This document shows, piece by piece, positions 18,291 through 28,655 of a DNA stretch of 64,000 nucleotides. A program made the translations under genes and the position numbers. Every line of letters begins with the position of its first letter. The first letter of the stretch is position 1. This DNA is from Candidatus Poribacteria bacterium (GTDB taxonomy: Bacteria; Poribacteria; WGA-4E; WGA-3G). The notes beneath the pieces were generated by a model, which had not been told where the DNA came from, ran no database searches, and was given only the letters and a program-made list of their open reading frames with translations. The DNA is taken from positions 1 through 64,000 of the forward strand of contig CBDBFU010000004.1 of the NCBI GenBank assembly GCA_965205025.1, read 5' to 3'.

Positions 18291-20192
18291 ATGGAAAGCA
18301 TACTTCGTTCTCTATTACTACTACTGTTAGTATCAAACATTGTCATCCCTTATGTATTCGCTGAATACGAACCAGGCACTCAACTCGCACTTCCAGAAGG
18401 TGCATTAGCACGGCTGGGCAAAGGACGGGTAGAGAAAATCGCTTTTTCTCCTGATGGAAATACACTTGCAGTTGCAAGTTCAATCGGTATTTGGCTATAC
18501 GATGTACGTACTTATAAAGAAGTCTTCCTCCTGACGGGACACACAGCGGATGTTGATTGTGTCTCCTTCAGTCGAGATGGTAAAACCCTCGCCAGTGGAA
18601 GTCAAGACGATACTGTTCGTTTATGGGATATCCCAACAAGAAAACATATTGCTACCCTGCAACATACAGGTATGGTTTTAAGTGTATCTTTTAGTCCTGA
18701 TGGTGATTTACTGGCAACAGGATGTGGTTATATGATGACGGCTGATAGATCAACACCTTTACCCGATCAAGATACTGTTAGATTGTGGAATGTTCATACA
18801 AAGAAACATATTGCAACATTCAATGGACATTCTGACTATGTGGAAAGTGTGGTATTTAGTCCAAATGGTGAAATACTCGTTTCAGGCAGTTGGGATAAGA
18901 CTATCCGGTTGTGGGATATTAAATCCGGGAAAAACATCGTTACACTCGAAAGACATACCGATTCTGTCCATTGTGTTAGATATAGTCCAAACGGTCATTT
19001 CATTGCAAGTGCTGGGAGCCTGGAAGACAAAAATATCCTATTATGGAATGCAAAAACCGCACAACACATCAATACGCTGAAAGGACACACAAGCTTTATC
19101 AGTAGTATCGCATTTACATCAGATGGGAAACTAATCGCAAGTGGGGGTGGTGATAATACCGTACGCGTATGGGATGCCAAAACTGGAAAGAAAAACATCA
19201 CTCTCACAGGACATACAGATTGGGTAATAAGTGTAGCATTCAGTCCAGATAACAACACGCTGGCAAGCGCAAGTCGAGATGGAACTATTCGACTATGGGA
19301 TGCATCCACTATTAAAGGATATACTCAAAATATTTCTTGTGTAGCATTCAGTCCAGATAGTTCCACATTAGCAAGTACAGGTTGGGATAAAAAAATACAT
19401 CTATGGGATGTTAACACAGGAAAACATAAGAAAGTACTCACAGGTCATACAGATTCAGTCTCAAGGGTAGCATTCAATCCTATAAACAACACACTTGTAA
19501 GTAGCGGTAACGATAAGACACTACGACTCTGGGATATTACGACTGGTAAAACCATCAAAATACTCAAAGACAATACATTCCCTATAGCAATTAGTCCCGA
19601 TGGCAAAATATTGGCATGTGGCAGTCCAGACAACACAATACATTTGTTGGATGCAAACACAACGAATCATAAGCATACACTCAAAGGACATACGGACTTT
19701 GTCGATAGTGTGGCTTTCAATCCAGATGGTAACATAATTGCTACAGGTAGTTCGGACAATACTGTGAGGCTATGGAATACCAATACAGGGAAACAGAAGA
19801 GAGTATTAAATGCCAATATACCATCCTTCAATCATCTAATGTTTAGTCCAGATGGTAATACAATAGCAAGTAATAACTACAACAATTCAATACTCTTATG
19901 GGATGTTTCTACAGGTAGTTTGAAGAAAACACTTAAACACAAGCAAAAAGCAAACGGATCTACAGATGGTGCCTTATCTGTTGGGTTCAGTCCTGATGGT
20001 AAATTCTTAGTGTCTGGCAGTTATTCTGGCAAGGTTCATCTATGGGATATTAAAACTGGAGATTTTAAGAGAATACTCAATGGACATACAGGGAATGCCA
20101 CTACTGTAGCAATTAGTCCAAATGGAAAATTCTTGGCTACTGGTAGTACAGACGGCACAATCCTCCTATTTGGTCAAGTATGGAAGGAATAA
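18291..20192 (+). CDS. Secreted WD40 repeat protein
   Basis: Signal peptide, LPEGALARLGKG, many GH...FSPDG..LASGS.D.T.RLWD repeats. Confidence 0.95.
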   Translation: MESILRSLLLLLLVSNIVIPYVFAEYEPGTQLALPEGALARLGKGRVEKIAFSPDGNTLAVASSIGIWLYDVRTYKEVFLLTGHTADVDCVSFSRDGKTLASGSQDDTVRLWDIPTRKHIATLQHTGMVLSVSFSPDGDLLATGCGYMMTADRSTPLPDQDTVRLWNVHTKKHIATFNGHSDYVESVVFSPNGEILVSGSWDKTIRLWDIKSGKNIVTLERHTDSVHCVRYSPNGHFIASAGSLEDKNILLWNAKTAQHINTLKGHTSFISSIAFTSDGKLIASGGGDNTVRVWDAKTGKKNITLTGHTDWVISVAFSPDNNTLASASRDGTIRLWDASTIKGYTQNISCVAFSPDSSTLASTGWDKKIHLWDVNTGKHKKVLTGHTDSVSRVAFNPINNTLVSSGNDKTLRLWDITTGKTIKILKDNTFPIAISPDGKILACGSPDNTIHLLDANTTNHKHTLKGHTDFVDSVAFNPDGNIIATGSSDNTVRLWNTNTGKQKRVLNANIPSFNHLMFSPDGNTIASNNYNNSILLWDVSTGSLKKTLKHKQKANGSTDGALSVGFSPDGKFLVSGSYSGKVHLWDIKTGDFKRILNGHTGNATTVAISPNGKFLATGSTDGTILLFGQVWKE

Positions 20193-20364
20193 AGTATGCA
20201 GCTGACCCTTGAAGGCATTCAAAAATTATGTTATTCTTTTCTCATAATACGAAAATATTAACAGGAGCATTCACATTTAAAAGACAAGACTCTTAACTAA
20301 AATAAAACCTATTTGTAGAAGATTCTTGGATTAAGCTTTAACAACATATTTGAAAGGATAAGAA

Positions 20365-21096
20365 ATGCAAAGCCACGAAGTAGATTATGAAATATTTGGA
20401 AATGACATGCAGGTCGTTGAAGTTGAACTTGACAGAGGAGAAACAATTATCGCTGAAGCTGGGGCAATGAACTGGATGGAGGATGACATTTCCTATGAAG
20501 CAAAAATGGGAGATGGTACAAATCCTGACGGTGGATTAATGGGTAAATTCCTGAGTGCCGGAAAAAGAGCATTAACCGGTGAATCCGTATTTTTGACGCA
20601 CTTTACCAATTCCAGTCCAAACAAGAGGCGCGTTGCCTTCGCTGCACCGTATCCCGGGCATATAATGCCAATTAACCTATCCGCAACAGGTGGCGAATTG
20701 ATCTGTCAAAAAGATGCATTCCTTTGTGCAGCCTTTGGTACACAATTAGATATCGCCTTCTCAAAAAGATTAGGTGCTGGTTTCTTTGGTGGAGAGGGTT
20801 TTATTCTACAAAGACTTCGCGGAGATGGTATGGCATTCATACATGCAGGTGGAAGTGTAGTAAAAAAAGAACTCTCTAACGACATGCTCCGCGTAGATAC
20901 AGGCTGTCTTGTCGCATTCTCATCTGGTGTTCAATATGATATTGAAATGACCAAAGGTCTAAAATCCATGTTCTTCGGTGGCGAAGGATTATTCCTTGCA
21001 ACATTACAAGGCACTGGAACCGTCTACCTTCAAAGTCTACCGTTTTCTAAATTGGCTGATCGGATCATCGCACAAGTGCCACGTTCCGGTGGATAA
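20365..21096 (+). CDS. TIGR00266 / AIM24 family protein
   Basis: [56 protein letters not shown]. Confidence 0.92.
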   Translation: MQSHEVDYEIFGNDMQVVEVELDRGETIIAEAGAMNWMEDDISYEAKMGDGTNPDGGLMGKFLSAGKRALTGESVFLTHFTNSSPNKRRVAFAAPYPGHIMPINLSATGGELICQKDAFLCAAFGTQLDIAFSKRLGAGFFGGEGFILQRLRGDGMAFIHAGGSVVKKELSNDMLRVDTGCLVAFSSGVQYDIEMTKGLKSMFFGGEGLFLATLQGTGTVYLQSLPFSKLADRIIAQVPRSGG

Positions 21097-21232
21097 AAAG
21101 TAGACACACACCGTGTGCCGTTAACCCTATTTAGTTCCGTAAAAATATTATAAAAGAATCAATGTTTAGTTCACTGAATATCAGATATTTCGGAAATTCC
21201 ATATTGTCAGGGTGTGGAAATGTGAATTAACC

Positions 21233-21400
21233 CATATGCGTCAGTTTAGGAGAAAAATGTTATACCTTGCCTGGTAGGTGCGGTTTCCTGACCGCACTGA
21301 ATTTGTGCTAAACTTTTGATTGAAAGCCTTTCGTATAATCCGCTTCGGTTAGGAAACCGAAGCTACCGTTCCTAAGATATGCACTAAATTGACGCCTATG
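21233..21400. mobile_element. MITE-like element with two opposed REP-like hairpins and long flanking direct repeats
   Basis: Inverted ends CATATGCGTCAGTTTAG/CTAAATTGACGCCTATG. Direct repeats TGTGGAAATGTGAA(T/C)TAACCCA at 21213-21234 and 21399-21420. Confidence 0.75.
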
Positions 21401-21447
21401 TGGAAATGTGAACTAACCCAAGAATCAGTATAGAATTTGGAGTCTTT

Positions 21448-22551
21448 GTGAAAATCCGTTCCATAAAAGCCTATCAAGTTGACCTACCACTCCACGAAGG
21501 CAGCTATAAATGGTCAGGAGGTAAATCGGTCTCTGTTTTTGACAGTACAATTGTGTCCGTTGAAACAGATGAAGGTATTACAGGATACGGTGAAGTCTGT
21601 CCACTGGGACCATTCTATCTACCAGCCTACGCTAAAGGCACCAGAACCGGCATTGCCGAACTGGCTCCATATTTAATTGGAGAAGATCCAACCCAACTCC
21701 TACCGTTAAATCAACGTATGGATGCTGCTCTTAAAGGACATCCTTATGTCAAAACCGGAATCGACATAGCATGTTGGGATATTCTTGGAAAAGTGTCAAA
21801 TCAATCGGTGTGTACACTACTGGGAGGGAGGTATGGAGAAGACTTCATGCTCTACCGCGCAATCTCCCAACAATCTCCAGATGAGATGGCGGAGAAAGTC
21901 GCAACCTATCGTGCCGAAGGATACCGAAAATTCCAGTTGAAGGTCGGTGGAGATCCAAACACTGATATTGAACGCATTCATGCTGTCTCTGAATTGATGG
22001 AACCGAGTGATGTGCTCATCGCTGATGCCAATACCGGTTGGCACATGCATCAGGCAGCTCGCGTGGTACGTGGTGTAAGTGATGTGGATGTTTACATCGA
22101 ACAACCATGCCTATCTTATGAAGAATGTCTCTCCATTCGGGAACGGACAGACCATCCTTTTGTCCTTGATGAGACTGTTGACAGCATCAATATGTTGCTA
22201 CGCGGACATGCCGATAGGGCAATGGATGTTGTAAACATTAAGATCAGCAAATTTGGTGGTCTGACGAAAGCTAAGCTCGCAAGAGATCTATGTGTTGAAC
22301 TGGGAATTGCAATGACGATAGAGGATAGTTGGGGTGGTGATATTACTACTGCAGCAATAGCGCACCTTGCACACAGCACACCAACGGAATTCCTATTCAC
22401 TGCAACCGATTTCAATAGTTATGTCACTGTCAGCACAGCAGAAGGAGCACCACAACGGGTTAATGGTAGGATGGCAGCCTCTACACAACCGGGGTTGGGT
22501 ATCATCCCAAAAATGGATGTGTTAGGCAAAGCGGTTGTTCATATAGAATAA
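21448..22551 (+). CDS. Enolase superfamily enzyme, cis-3-hydroxy-L-proline dehydratase / hydroxyproline betaine epimerase-like
   Basis: [58 protein letters not shown]. Confidence 0.85.
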   Translation: MKIRSIKAYQVDLPLHEGSYKWSGGKSVSVFDSTIVSVETDEGITGYGEVCPLGPFYLPAYAKGTRTGIAELAPYLIGEDPTQLLPLNQRMDAALKGHPYVKTGIDIACWDILGKVSNQSVCTLLGGRYGEDFMLYRAISQQSPDEMAEKVATYRAEGYRKFQLKVGGDPNTDIERIHAVSELMEPSDVLIADANTGWHMHQAARVVRGVSDVDVYIEQPCLSYEECLSIRERTDHPFVLDETVDSINMLLRGHADRAMDVVNIKISKFGGLTKAKLARDLCVELGIAMTIEDSWGGDITTAAIAHLAHSTPTEFLFTATDFNSYVTVSTAEGAPQRVNGRMAASTQPGLGIIPKMDVLGKAVVHIE

Positions 22552-22637
22552 TTTCTTATTTTCTCTTACCATCACCTATTAAATGTGGTACACTATTTAC
22601 GATGTGAAAGTCAAGTGAAATAAGTATATCTAAGGAG

Positions 22638-23508
22638 ATGCCGAAAATGACTTACATTTGGAGAAAAGAATATAAAGACCACAGCAGAAGCCTTGATAAA
22701 TTCTACACGAAACAGGAAGTCGTCAAAAGGTGTTTAGATGAAATAACTAAATTACCTTACATATATGATTGTGTGATAGAACCGTCTGCGGGGGATGGTG
22801 CGTTCTATAAGAATATCGAACATGACACTAAGATAGGTATTGATATTGAACCGCAACATGATGACATTATCAAAGGTGACTGGTTCAATTACAAAATTAG
22901 CAACCAATACGAGCGCGTATTGGTTATTGGGAATCCGCCATTTGGTCAATATCAGAAACTCTCTTCAAAATTTATATCCCACGCTATCTCATTTCGTAAT
23001 GTCCAAACAATTGCTTTTATTTTACCAGATGTTTATAGAAAACATACCCGGCAAAAAATATTGCCCAATAATTGGAGAATAGTCTCTATCACTGAATTAG
23101 GAAGGGACTGTTTTACATTAAAAGGAAAAGCATATCATGTACCTGCAAGTTTTTTTATTTTTGATAAATCAGAGGGAAAAGATCTAAGAGTTAATCCTAA
23201 TGCCTACACAGAAACGAATGATTTTAAATTCTCCAATAAAGACGACTTTGACATATTTGTATTTGGTGCTTCTCCAAAAAAGATTACAAAAACGCCGACA
23301 ACAAATAATAGAGGCTACTTCCTTAAGTCAAAAAATTCCAGTCGAAGATTTGATATCTAAGATCAAAGCAGTTGATTGGAATGGAAATTCTTGTGCAAAC
23401 GGCGGTGTATATTGGTTAACAAAATTTGAATTTTTGGAACAATATATAAAATGCCATGAACCAGATAGAACTGAAGAAAGCCAATGGAGTTTGTTTGATC
23501 TCCTTTAA
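22638..23508 (+). CDS. Putative N6-adenine DNA methyltransferase (apparent 1-nt insertion in the A run at 23330-23335)
   Basis: DKFYT, VIEPSAGDGAF (SAM binding), VIGNPPFG (motif IV). The C-terminus continues in the frame of ORF 23200-23508 (KIPVEDLISKIK...). Confidence 0.8.
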
Positions 23509-23556
23509 CTCAAATGTGTCAAGAAAAGACTACCTACATCTTTACCATAAAATGCC

Positions 23557-24135
23557 ATGAACCAGATAGAACTAAATAAAACACTAAGTTTCATCTTAGA
23601 CAACATAGATGAAAGTAGAAAAGTGCTGAATAGCGTAGTAAGTATTCGGAAGAAATTAATTGATTTAACCATTGAAGAACAAGTTATTTCTGAACAAGAC
23701 TTCTACAAAATTAGTAGCGTTTTGTCCACACAATCAAGGAGTCCATTGTGGGAAAATTATTTCATAAAAAAGCACCATTGTGAAAGAGTTAATAAAAGTG
23801 AGGATAGAGGGGATTGTAAAAAGAACGGCAGATACTATGAGTATAAAAGTTCTGGTTACAATCAAGAAAATGCTGTTCATATTCTTCAAATTAGACCGTG
23901 GCAGGATTGCGATTACATTATTCAGTCAATCTCCGATGATGGGGCAACTACATTTGTTTTAACCCATGCAGAAATGATGTTAGAAATGAATAGACTTAAA
24001 GCCACTCCCGCACATGGAACTCGAAAAGCATTAGAAGATAACAAAACTATAGAATACATGATGATGCTAAAAAGAAATTCTGCGGGTTGGGATAGGTGGA
24101 TTAACAACTATCCCAAAGAGGGTGATATTTTTTAA
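23557..24135 (+). CDS. Putative restriction endonuclease (PD-(D/E)xK-like)
   Basis: Directly follows the MTase. RGDCKKNGRYYEYKSS fits D...ExK; also LQIRPWQ. Confidence 0.6.
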   Translation: MNQIELNKTLSFILDNIDESRKVLNSVVSIRKKLIDLTIEEQVISEQDFYKISSVLSTQSRSPLWENYFIKKHHCERVNKSEDRGDCKKNGRYYEYKSSGYNQENAVHILQIRPWQDCDYIIQSISDDGATTFVLTHAEMMLEMNRLKATPAHGTRKALEDNKTIEYMMMLKRNSAGWDRWINNYPKEGDIF

Positions 24136-24179
24136 TGTTCTACGTCTTTATCGATTGACGAAGGAGACACTGCACAGAC

Positions 24180-25154
24180 ATGATCATTAAGAAAATTAGA
24201 ATCCTTACTGCTAAGGATGTCCGAGCAGCCCTCCCTATGTCCAAAGCAATTGACGCAATGCGGCATGCATATGGGCAACTTTCCGCAGGTACAGCAATAG
24301 CACCACCAAGACAGCATATTACTTCCGATAAAGGTGTCACACTTATCATGCCGGCTTACCTACCCAAACGAAGTGAATTCGGCATAAAAGTTGTATCCGT
24401 CTATGACGAAAACCCAGATATAAACCTACCACGTATCACTGCCACCGTATTAGTACTTGATCCCTATACAGGAGCACCAAAAGCATTTATGGATGGCACA
24501 AGTCTTACAGCTATTCGAACAGGTGCAGGTGGTGGGTTAGCTGCAGATTTACTTGCACGGAAGAATTCAAAAACGGTTGGACTCTTTGGGGCGGGTGTTC
24601 AAGCAAGAGCACAGTTACAAGCGGTCATGGCAGTCAGAAAAATAGAATGTGTAAATCTCATCAGTCGCACCCAAATATCTGCAGAGAATATTGCTACTGA
24701 AATCTCTAATTGGACAGATGCCCCAAAAGTGAATCTTGCTACCTCTCCACAAGAAGTAGTAGAAAACGCAGATATTGTTATCTGCGCAACGACATCCGCA
24801 ACCCCGCTTTTTGATGGGAACGACATAAAAACTGGTACACATATCACAGCCGTAGGAACATTTGCACCAGAAAAACGTGAAGTGGACACAGAAACCGTTA
24901 CACGTGCAAATCGAATCGTCGTGGATTCACGAGAAGCATGTCTTGAGGAAGCAGGAGATCTGATAATTCCAAACGCTCAGATTGACACAGAAATAGGTGA
25001 AATCGTTAACGGAGACAAACAAGGACGGCAGTCAGAAGATGAAATCACTTTCTTTAAATCGGTTGGGGTGGCAGTACAAGATGCAGTCGCAGCATCAGCT
25101 GTCCTGAAAGAAGCAGAAACTGAAGGATTGGGAACTGTTATTGAAATGACATAG
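24180..25154 (+). CDS. Ornithine cyclodeaminase / mu-crystallin family (possible pyrroline-2-carboxylate reductase)
   Basis: LIMPAY, GIKVVSV, LTAIRTGA, FGAGVQA, FFKSVGVAVQD. Confidence 0.92.
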   Translation: MIIKKIRILTAKDVRAALPMSKAIDAMRHAYGQLSAGTAIAPPRQHITSDKGVTLIMPAYLPKRSEFGIKVVSVYDENPDINLPRITATVLVLDPYTGAPKAFMDGTSLTAIRTGAGGGLAADLLARKNSKTVGLFGAGVQARAQLQAVMAVRKIECVNLISRTQISAENIATEISNWTDAPKVNLATSPQEVVENADIVICATTSATPLFDGNDIKTGTHITAVGTFAPEKREVDTETVTRANRIVVDSREACLEEAGDLIIPNAQIDTEIGEIVNGDKQGRQSEDEITFFKSVGVAVQDAVAASAVLKEAETEGLGTVIEMT

Positions 25155-25545
25155 TGTAAACAAAGGTAGAAAATATTCGGCACTGTTTACATTTAGATAG
25201 AATTGGCATAATACGATACATTTACTGTTGTATCAACATGGAAACTAAAGAAGCAGATGTATCTCAACATTTACTTCATTCAATCAGTGATAACGCTTGG
25301 AAAGTCTATTGCCTTTCCTTGATTCGTATCCAAACATTTATGGCAATAGGGTTTATACCTGTTAATACCGGTGTGTTGAGTGTAAAAAAAACCTACAGTG
25401 GTTCAAAATCCAAAGAAGTTGATACAATCTAATCTAAACTTAGTGACATCATATACCAACCAGACCTTTCATTACGTATTGACATTGACATCCGCATATA
25501 AACAGGCTATAATTGTTCACACATTACCAAAGATAACACCATATA

Positions 25546-27849
25546 ATGCGTTTCTCCTATTTTTGGCCTTTGTGGGCTATTATCCTTGCAATCGTAATTG
25601 CAGTTGGCATTACGATATTCTTTTATTTTAGGCTAAAACACCCATTAAGCAAAATACTAAGAACAACTCTTATAACACTCCGTTTTGTTGCTATCACTAT
25701 CCTACTTTGTTGTTTATTAGCACCGGTTATTATAGAAAAGAAGGATGTTACCCCACCAACACATTTTTCTATTTTAGTTGACACATCCAGTAGTATGCAG
25801 TTAGAAGATAATTACAAGGGGGTTTCTGATATTTCAAGGATGGATCAGGTCAATCAACTACTTTTTAGTGAATCAAATCAATTCCTTCAAAGATTACAGA
25901 AACAATATAGTATACATCTTCATGGGTTCGATGCTTCGCTCAACCAGAGTCATATAGTAGGAGAAGATTTTGTTGCAGATGGCAAACTTACTGATCTCTC
26001 TAAGGCAATTGCAGAAGCAGATAAAGCCACAAAAGGTCATCCAAATGCTGGAATCCTTCTGATTACAGATGGTTCACACAATACATCTAAGTTTCCATTA
26101 GAGATAATTGTAGATTTAAGTGTGCCGATTTATGCTATAGGAGTTGGTTCATTAATACCTCCAAAAGACATACAAATTCAGAACATTGAAACACCACCCA
26201 TAGCACATACTGGGCACGAAACTGTCGTGCGGATAACTGTTATTCAATCAGGATATACAACGAAATCCACACGCTTGTCTCTACGAGAAACTAATACTAA
26301 TAAACTAATTGATGCTGAGATACTCACATTTGAAGAGGGATCGTCAAATGAAAACATTACACTAAAAGGACAAGGTGTTATTCAAGGAACAAGACATATT
26401 GTCGACATGAAAATTACACCTGATACTGAAGGTACATTTCAATATAAATTAGTTATCCCTGCTTATGAAGATGAGCTAACACCCGAAAATAATGAAAAGA
26501 CCTTTTCACTAAAAGTTATAAAAGCAAAACTTAACGTCTTTTATTTAGAAGGACGACCAAGATGGGAATATACATTCCTAAAACGGATATTAGAAAGAGA
26601 TCCAGATCTAAACCCAACATTTGCAGTACTGTCAAAAAACATTAGACAGAATACTATACTTTTAAAAGAAGAAGGATATTATCCACAACAAAATGAGAAT
26701 ATTACCCAATTGCCGGATACTCTGCAAGGATTATCAAAATATGATATAATCATCTTAGGGGACCTAACAGACCAACATCTTACACCTACTCAACAACAAT
26801 CCATAATTGAGTTTATTGAAGTTCGTGGAAAGGCAGTTGTTTTTCTTCCTTCACACAATGCACTTGGCAAAAGTGGGTATAAAAATAGTAAAATTAATCA
26901 GATTCTACCTATCCAAATTCCATCAAATGGTTGTATGGAACGGGATGTTGACTATACATTGAATCTGACGCAATTCGGCACTTATCATCCAATGATGCAA
27001 CTTTCAGAAACTTTAGAAGGCAATTATAATATATGGAATAATCTACCACCATTATCTAAAGTATTCCAAGGTTTTCAGCTGAAAGCAGGTGCAACACCAC
27101 TCATCGAAATACAAGATGTTGGACCTATCCTGATTTTTCAACGCGTTGGATTGGGAAAGAGTCTACTTTTTACAGCTGAAGGTTTATGGAACTGGCACTT
27201 TGGAGTCAATGCATATAAAAACGAAGCCTTACAGAATACATATCCACGTTTGTGGGCACAAATACTAAGATGGATGGCACAACAATCAGATGATAATACA
27301 ATCTATATTTCATCTGATGCTCCAACTTATAATCAAGGGAATACCGCAAAAATTAAAGTTAATGCATATTCACCTACATTTCAACCACAAGAAAACGCAG
27401 ACATCCAAGTATCTGTAACCGCTCCTAACGGATCACAGTTTCCTCTTCAGATACAACCTGAGATTGATAATGCCATTTCACAAGGGAATAGTTATATTAC
27501 AGAATTAACAGTTGATGAAATAGGAACATACCATCTATCAGCAAAGGGATCACTTGGGAACATACCACTTGGAGAAGATAAAATAGAGATCACTGTTCAA
27601 CCTCAGTTAATAGAATTAGAATCCCCACAACTGAATGAAACTCTATTAAAACAATTGGCTCAACAAACAAATGGTGCCTATCTCACAATAGATGATGCGA
27701 ACAAATTACCTGACAGCATTAATAGTGAACAAAAACCTGTTTTTGTCGATGAAGAACGCGATTTATGGGCACATCCCCTCGTATTAATTTCAGTTGTAGG
27801 ATTGTTAAGCACTGAGTGGTTTTTACGAAAAAGGATAGGTTTGACCTAA
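25546..27849 (+). CDS. Membrane-anchored vWA-like + Ig-like + glutamine amidotransferase-like protein
   Basis: N-terminal TMs, LVDTSSSM, LITDG, YLEGRPRWEYTFL, C-terminal TM with EWFLRKRIGL. Confidence 0.8.
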   Translation: MRFSYFWPLWAIILAIVIAVGITIFFYFRLKHPLSKILRTTLITLRFVAITILLCCLLAPVIIEKKDVTPPTHFSILVDTSSSMQLEDNYKGVSDISRMDQVNQLLFSESNQFLQRLQKQYSIHLHGFDASLNQSHIVGEDFVADGKLTDLSKAIAEADKATKGHPNAGILLITDGSHNTSKFPLEIIVDLSVPIYAIGVGSLIPPKDIQIQNIETPPIAHTGHETVVRITVIQSGYTTKSTRLSLRETNTNKLIDAEILTFEEGSSNENITLKGQGVIQGTRHIVDMKITPDTEGTFQYKLVIPAYEDELTPENNEKTFSLKVIKAKLNVFYLEGRPRWEYTFLKRILERDPDLNPTFAVLSKNIRQNTILLKEEGYYPQQNENITQLPDTLQGLSKYDIIILGDLTDQHLTPTQQQSIIEFIEVRGKAVVFLPSHNALGKSGYKNSKINQILPIQIPSNGCMERDVDYTLNLTQFGTYHPMMQLSETLEGNYNIWNNLPPLSKVFQGFQLKAGATPLIEIQDVGPILIFQRVGLGKSLLFTAEGLWNWHFGVNAYKNEALQNTYPRLWAQILRWMAQQSDDNTIYISSDAPTYNQGNTAKIKVNAYSPTFQPQENADIQVSVTAPNGSQFPLQIQPEIDNAISQGNSYITELTVDEIGTYHLSAKGSLGNIPLGEDKIEITVQPQLIELESPQLNETLLKQLAQQTNGAYLTIDDANKLPDSINSEQKPVFVDEERDLWAHPLVLISVVGLLSTEWFLRKRIGLT

Positions 27850-27954
27850 TAACTGAAATCATACTGAGTAGGGTGGATTCGACTTACCTATTGAATCACA
27901 AGATAGAATGATTATATACTGAAAAGCAGATATTGATTTTAGAATACTTCCATT

Positions 27955-28644
27955 ATGAAAAAAACTGTAGTTAATCACATTTATAGAGCATATTTATTAA
28001 TTGTCTGCAGCATACTTTTTTTGAGTATAATTACTATTCCTGATGCTGGTGAAAAATTCACAATAGCACAAATACAATATGGTGGGGGTGGGGATTGGTA
28101 TGGTGATCCTTCATCTATAAAAAACTGGCTCCGTATATTACATGAACGTACAGATATCGATACAGGAGATGATAGAGTAATCCTCAAATTAACGGACCCA
28201 ATTCTATTCCAATATCCTATGTTATACATTGTTGGACATGGGAATATACGACTTACTGAAAATGAGGTGGTGAACCTAAAAAGATATCTTGAAAATGGAG
28301 GATTTCTATTCGTAAATGATGATTATGGATTAGACGAAAGTTTCCGAAGAGAAATTAGTAGGGTGTTTCCATCACAGAAACTACAACCTATTCCGAATAC
28401 ACATCAGATTTATCACTGTTATTATGATTTACCCGGACTTCCTAAGATTCATGAACATGACTCAGAACCAGCACAAGGATATGGATTATTCCATGATGGA
28501 CGGATGGTTGTATATTATGTATATAGTGCTGATATAGGTGATGGATTAGAAGATCCAAGAGTACATCCAGAAGATACACCAGAGGTTAGAGAACTTGCTG
28601 CGAAGATGGCAGTCAATATTGCCGTGTATGTGCTAACTCATTAA
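27955..28644 (+). CDS. DUF4159 family protein
   Basis: YGGGGDWY, YIVGHG, YLENGGFLFVNDDYG, LPKIHEHD, DIGDGLED. Confidence 0.88.
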   Translation: MKKTVVNHIYRAYLLIVCSILFLSIITIPDAGEKFTIAQIQYGGGGDWYGDPSSIKNWLRILHERTDIDTGDDRVILKLTDPILFQYPMLYIVGHGNIRLTENEVVNLKRYLENGGFLFVNDDYGLDESFRREISRVFPSQKLQPIPNTHQIYHCYYDLPGLPKIHEHDSEPAQGYGLFHDGRMVVYYVYSADIGDGLEDPRVHPEDTPEVRELAAKMAVNIAVYVLTH

Positions 28645-28655
28645 AAAGGATTCAA

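Noticed and set aside
25238-25432. 64-aa ORF between the cyclodeaminase and vWA genes
   Set aside because: No clear RBS or motif. The region also holds the likely promoter of the downstream operon (TTGACA...TATAAT near 25484-25513).
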